Part shown: one piece after another, positions 43,531 through 44,274 of the stretch
Layout: every line of letters starts with the position of its first letter
Position numbering within the stretch: the stretch's first letter is position 1
IMG/VR virus record: IMGVR_UViG_3300028585_000515
Span: 1-44,274 of that record
DNA length: 44,274 bases
From: a virus
Lineage: Duplodnaviria; Caudoviricetes
Strand: one strand, 5' to 3'
The notes under the pieces: generated by a model
What the model was told of the DNA's origin: nothing
The model's database searches: none
Seen by the model: only the letters and a program-made list of their open reading frames with translations
Program-made: the position numbers and the translations under genes

Positions 43531-44274
43531 ATGCGCAAAGGACATCGACCATCATCCGCGGCTCCCGGCCGTCCCCGTATCTGGGGCCGCCATCCGGTGC
43601 TGGCCGCCCTCGCCAACCCGAATCGCGACGTGCGTCGCATCTGGGGCACGCAGGAAGCGCTGGCCGGACTGGACATCGACAAGTCGATTCCCATCACCTT
43701 CGCGCAGGGGCCGGATCTCGGCCGGCTCGTCCCCGGCGATGCCCCGCATCAGGGCATGGTGATCGAGGTCGATCCGCTGCCCGACATCTGGCTGGGCGAT
43801 CTGCTCGATCTGGGGCGCGACGATCAGCGCCCGCTGGTGATTCTCGATCAGGTGACCGATCCGCACAATGTCGGCGCGGTCATGCGGTCGGCGGTCGCCT
43901 TCGGCGCGCTCGGGCTGATTACGCAGGACCGGCACTCCCCCCCCGAATCCGGCGCACTCGCGCGGTCCGCCTCGGGCGCGCTGGAAGTGCTGCCATGGAT
44001 CCGTGTCGTCAACCTCGCCCGCGCGCTCGATGAGATCGCAGAAGCGGGCTATTGGCGGATCGGCCTGACCGGCGATGCCCCGCAGACGCTGGAAACCGCG
44101 CTCGGCACCAGCAAGCTCGCGCTCGTCCTCGGCTCGGAAGGCGAAGGGATGCGCGCCAATACGGAAGCGCATTGCGACACGCTCGCCCGCCTGCCGATCA
44201 GCGATCAGGTCGAAAGCCTCAACGTCTCCAACGCCGCCGCCATCGCCCTCTACGCCGCCGCGATCCGGAAATAA
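43531..44274 (+). CDS. rlmB: 23S rRNA (Gm2251) 2'-O-methyltransferase, TrmH/SpoU family (host gene)
   Basis: HQG, LDQVTDPHNVGAVMRSA, LVLGSEGEGMR, ESLNVSNAAAIALY. Confidence 0.92.
   Translation: MRKGHRPSSAAPGRPRIWGRHPVLAALANPNRDVRRIWGTQEALAGLDIDKSIPITFAQGPDLGRLVPGDAPHQGMVIEVDPLPDIWLGDLLDLGRDDQRPLVILDQVTDPHNVGAVMRSAVAFGALGLITQDRHSPPESGALARSASGALEVLPWIRVVNLARALDEIAEAGYWRIGLTGDAPQTLETALGTSKLALVLGSEGEGMRANTEAHCDTLARLPISDQVESLNVSNAAAIALYAAAIRK

Overview
Almost the whole window (about 1-43324) is a near-complete P2-like (contractile-tail) prophage in a GC-rich alphaproteobacterium. A sphingomonad host is suggested by the PEPxxWA-CTERM protein, the GAAC-N7-GAAC LexA boxes and the GapR homolog. The prophage sits at the 3' end of tRNA-Tyr(GTA) (43325-43410, minus strand), next to host rlmB; the second att copy is not in the window and is presumably just left of base 1. 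On the minus strand from the tRNA the order is: P4-type integrase, HTH replication initiator (no P2 gpA), P2-type cos, LexA-boxed small operon, DGQHR/ParB-like + HEPN cassette, portal and terminase (plus strand), head O-N-M-L, X, lysis, Ig+SGNH protein, R-S, FRG moron, J-I-tail, AT-rich moron, adenine methylase, V-W-FI-FII-E/E'-T-U-D, PEP-CTERM esterase, BrnT toxin-antitoxin, cI/cro switch and early genes (Ogr, GapR, C4 antisense RNA, AlpA). The best candidates for undescribed biology are: (1) a two-gene GGQHR(ParB/DndB-like)-HEPN cassette in the cos-portal defence hotspot; (2) an Ig-repeat SGNH esterase whose N-terminus copies the tail-sheath handshake strand; (3) a layered induction circuit made of a non-cleavable CI, two LexA boxes, a C4 RNA upstream of the excisionase, and int-rep cut off from the early operon by att; (4) a TonB-box protein plus small membrane protein moron. 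All calls come from reading the sequence and the ORF track; no searches were run, and several start codons were re-chosen by eye.
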